From contig OZ281496.1 in NCBI GenBank assembly GCA_965637545.1, positions 8,618,001 to 8,682,000 of the forward strand: a stretch of DNA of 64,000 bases, given 5' to 3'. This document shows, one piece after another, positions 61,307 through 64,000 of the stretch (within the stretch, counting starts at the first letter, position 1; each line of letters starts with the position of its first letter). The position numbers and the translations under genes are program-made. The notes below the pieces were generated by a model. The model worked only from the letters and a program-made list of their open reading frames with translations, was not told the origin of the DNA and did not search any database. Source of the stretch: Phallusia mammillata (taxonomy: Eukaryota).

Positions 61307-62248
61307 TTATCGCCTGTTATTAGAATTTAAATCATTCCGAAAGGAGGTTGATTGGCCTTTTCCATGTACTCTTTTGTTAAGATGCACTTGTTTCCTAAAC
61401 ATTTCAGTCAGTCGCTTTGCATAAGAATGCCCTCTGATGCGAACATATTTTTTTATCATGTTTTCAAGTGAAGAAACAAGGGACTTCAGATCACAGGTAG
61501 TTTCATCACTCCATTGCTACAGATAACCATTTACACTTTCAAGCACATTTTCAGCAACTAACATTTGGTCAAATACTCGGGTGGGTGATTGGAGATGTTT
61601 TTTGGTTTCTAATTCAGTTTCACTAAAAACAGCTTGTGCAATAGGACCAACACCCCAGCAATTTTTCACAGGATGAGGATTATCTCCTTTCATTTGTAAA
61701 AATATGTTATCGTTATGTTTGTAAAACAGGTTCCTGAGAACACTTCCTCCAATGTAATCACAAACCTGCTGTTCATGGAAAGTTAGTTTGGTTGTAGCCA
61801 CACCTGTTTCATTTTTTACTTCAGATTTTAATTTCAGTAATAGAGGGAGCAGTTCAATTAGAATTGTTCTTCTTTGTGGGCATTCTTCTCTATGCATCAA
61901 CTTCAAAAAATGTTTGCTGAACAAAACTGAATTAGAAAAACCGTTGAAAACAGTTAAAATTTCATTACATATTTCATGAGGAATTTCCATCTCACTAGTA
62001 GATTTTGTAAACAAAGCTACATTAGCTCTAGCTTTCTCGATTTGGGATTGTAGTTGGGGCAAGGTCATATTCGGGTTCATTACAGTATGCTTTCGATCAT
62101 GTGTCAACAACCCTTGTTGAGTAGCAAACGCCTTCTGACATTTGCTGCAATAATAAGGTGTGTCTTCCAGTGGGGACGAATCGATTTCGACAATTATCTG
62201 TGTCAACGTCTGGTCGCATGCTTCATAGTCAATTTCATTTGCCATCAT
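61307..62248 (-). pseudogene. Convergent accessory ORF with one C2H2 finger (one internal TAG)
   Basis: 243-aa ORF (YCSKCQKAF...HDRKH; DYIGGSVLRNL) continues in frame past TAG 61517-61519 for 69 more codons (KKYVRIRGHSYAK...SFRNDL) to TAA 61307-61309. Confidence 0.7.
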
Positions 62249-62469
62249 AACAAAAATATTTCACTTTTCGAGCACTACGAAACTCACATTCAAGTAAAAT
62301 TCGCAACGTCTTGCAGGCTACCTTGTACAGAACCACCTCTTTATGTAACACAACTCAAGCGTGAAGCGGCAGACGGGTCGAATAAGAGCGGCACTTTTAA
62401 GAGAAAGAAAGAAACAAAAAAGAAAAAAGCAATAGTGACCAGGCACGTCAATATAGTGGCTCTGGTGGA

Positions 62470-63815
62470 ACCATACCATTATGTAGCAATATGTATACGG
62501 TATCATTGTTATTTAATCACTTCAAGTGTATCAAATCAGGAGACCAATAAGGGTAAAAATAGGAACATGGTGTACATGTTTTTTTGTTTCGTTTAGGTAA
62601 TCCATTTTTTTCATAGTACTGTATCCCTTAAAAAATATTACTAACGCCTTTCCGACATTGATTTGTCAGAGAGATTTTGTGTAGTCAGGTCGTGCTGATT
62701 TCTCGTTCAAACCTTAATGATACATAAGAACTGAAGTTAAAATGAACAAGTGTGCATGCTTGTGTCTAACTGATTTTATATTTAATGCGTCAATCCACGG
62801 AAATTAAGAAAGCAATCGGTTGGTCAGATTATTTACATTGGCGACTGCATGCTGGACAAGCAAAACAAAGTTTCAAGGCAGTTATTCAGTATAGTATGTT
62901 CCAGCATAAGCGCTTTCATGCATGAGCTGTATCCAATGTTACCTTTTCGTAGCAAAGTGATGCTTACAAATTTACTTTAGAAAGGTTCACTAGATAGTGA
63001 CTTTAAGTTATGGTTTTACAATCTAGTAGCTTCAAGTTAAGGTTTCTGAACGAGTAGCTTTGAGACTTGAGAGATGGTGTACAAACTAGTAGCGAATGTA
63101 TTCTTATCTTTGACAGCGCTTGCTGATTGTGCCTTCTTCCTTTGACCCAAATGGCTACAAGATTCAGATTTGTTTGCATACATTCGGAGTAAAAAGAGGA
63201 TAATCAGTACAACGGATAAGGTTTTGAAACTGTAATCGCGCAAATAATTTGTTGTTCCTTGCTGTATTGTTTGTCTTCAATTAGGTAGTAACTGGAAAGT
63301 TTATGTGGTTTAGAGTCAAGTTTTTCTATCTATGCAGAAATATTTGTAAGTCAGATAGCATTTAGAATTCACCAGAGAGTTGGCTGCAATTGGTAAGCAG
63401 CTAGCTTATTGAACGTTTTTTTTATGTCCACAATTCATCAAGGTTGTTCACAAAAATAAATAAATAAATAAACTTTTTTAGATACTGTTAGTGCAGTTAT
63501 AGCTGCCATATTGATGTACAGCTTGTTAAAGCGACCCAAAAGGTTTGGTTTTTCAGTTTGCTGTGCGTTTACACTCATGATTCAGCAATTGTGCCATCCA
63601 CTAATTTGAGCTTCACCTTACGCTTTGACGTTGCACAGCCTATTGTGGCTTGGTGATTGTTTAATTGCTAATGTCTCTCTATGTGTTCTTTCACAAAGCA
63701 AAACAAACTCAACCATTAAGCAAGGTGTTAATTGTAACGTTGAAAAAACAAACAAAATCCTGTGTTGATATCAACTGAATTAATTCAAAAATTTCGTTTG
63801 TTAGTTTTATATGGT
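62470..63815 (+). repeat. Further copy of the ZF upstream region (gene presumably beyond the window)
   Basis: Homologous to 31645-32215 and, inverted, to ~39490-40440 upstream of ZF3. Confidence 0.75.
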
Positions 63816-64000
63816 TGTAGCGACAACATGCCCAAACCCGCTATTGTGTATAGCTTTTTCCACAACAAAAGCACAGCCGCGTACAGCAGGCGAGAAAACT
63901 AACTTCCCGTACGTCAGAGAAAATACATCGCGCTCGGGAAATCCCTTGACTCCTGCCTATATAAACCGCGATTTCTGGGGAAAATGCCATTTGTATGTTA
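63816..64000 (+). mobile_element. LTR-like element start, running off the window
   Basis: Flank homology to ZF3 upstream stops exactly at TGTAGCGAC. Resembles the TGTAGCGGC start of 7822-9400 (-), with tatata ~140 bp in and a shared catttgtatgt. Confidence 0.5.

Noticed and set aside
62054-62596. 180-aa plus-strand ORF
   Set aside because: Antisense shadow of the C2H2 accessory ORF running into non-coding repeat; no domain.

Overview
AT-rich animal genomic DNA, probably a tunicate (ascidian); this is inferred from the gene families and is not proven. No prokaryotic features or CRISPR arrays. The window is a duplication-rich, birth-and-death gene cluster with a rough mirror layout. (1) An intronless orphan 7TM, GPCR-like family has two intact 292-aa genes (11275-12153 +, 50733-51611 -) and six pseudogenes or fragments. 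(2) A paralogous C2H2 zinc-finger array family has five copies, each damaged differently, and shares long upstream blocks. (3) A ~13-kb minus-strand disabled gene appears to encode signal peptide + two pentraxin domains + ~9 LDLa modules + a rhodopsin-class (GRL101/RXFP-like) 7TM. (4) A young Penelope-like retroelement (RT + GIY-YIG) has a perfect 185-bp inverted terminal repeat carrying minimal type I hammerhead ribozymes, in a twin-priming-like arrangement. (5) An intron-containing P-element transposase remnant faces a convergent C2H2 accessory ORF. (6) Other mobile DNA includes a DDE-deleted pogo-like element with a PHD finger, many hAT-type MITEs with 8-bp TSDs, a fresh tRNA-derived SINE, an LTR-like family and LINE scraps. 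Smaller oddities include a tRNA-like structured element riding downstream of the 7TM genes and a 12-codon piece of ADP/ATP translocase coding sequence inserted into non-coding DNA. All calls were made by eye; no searches were run.
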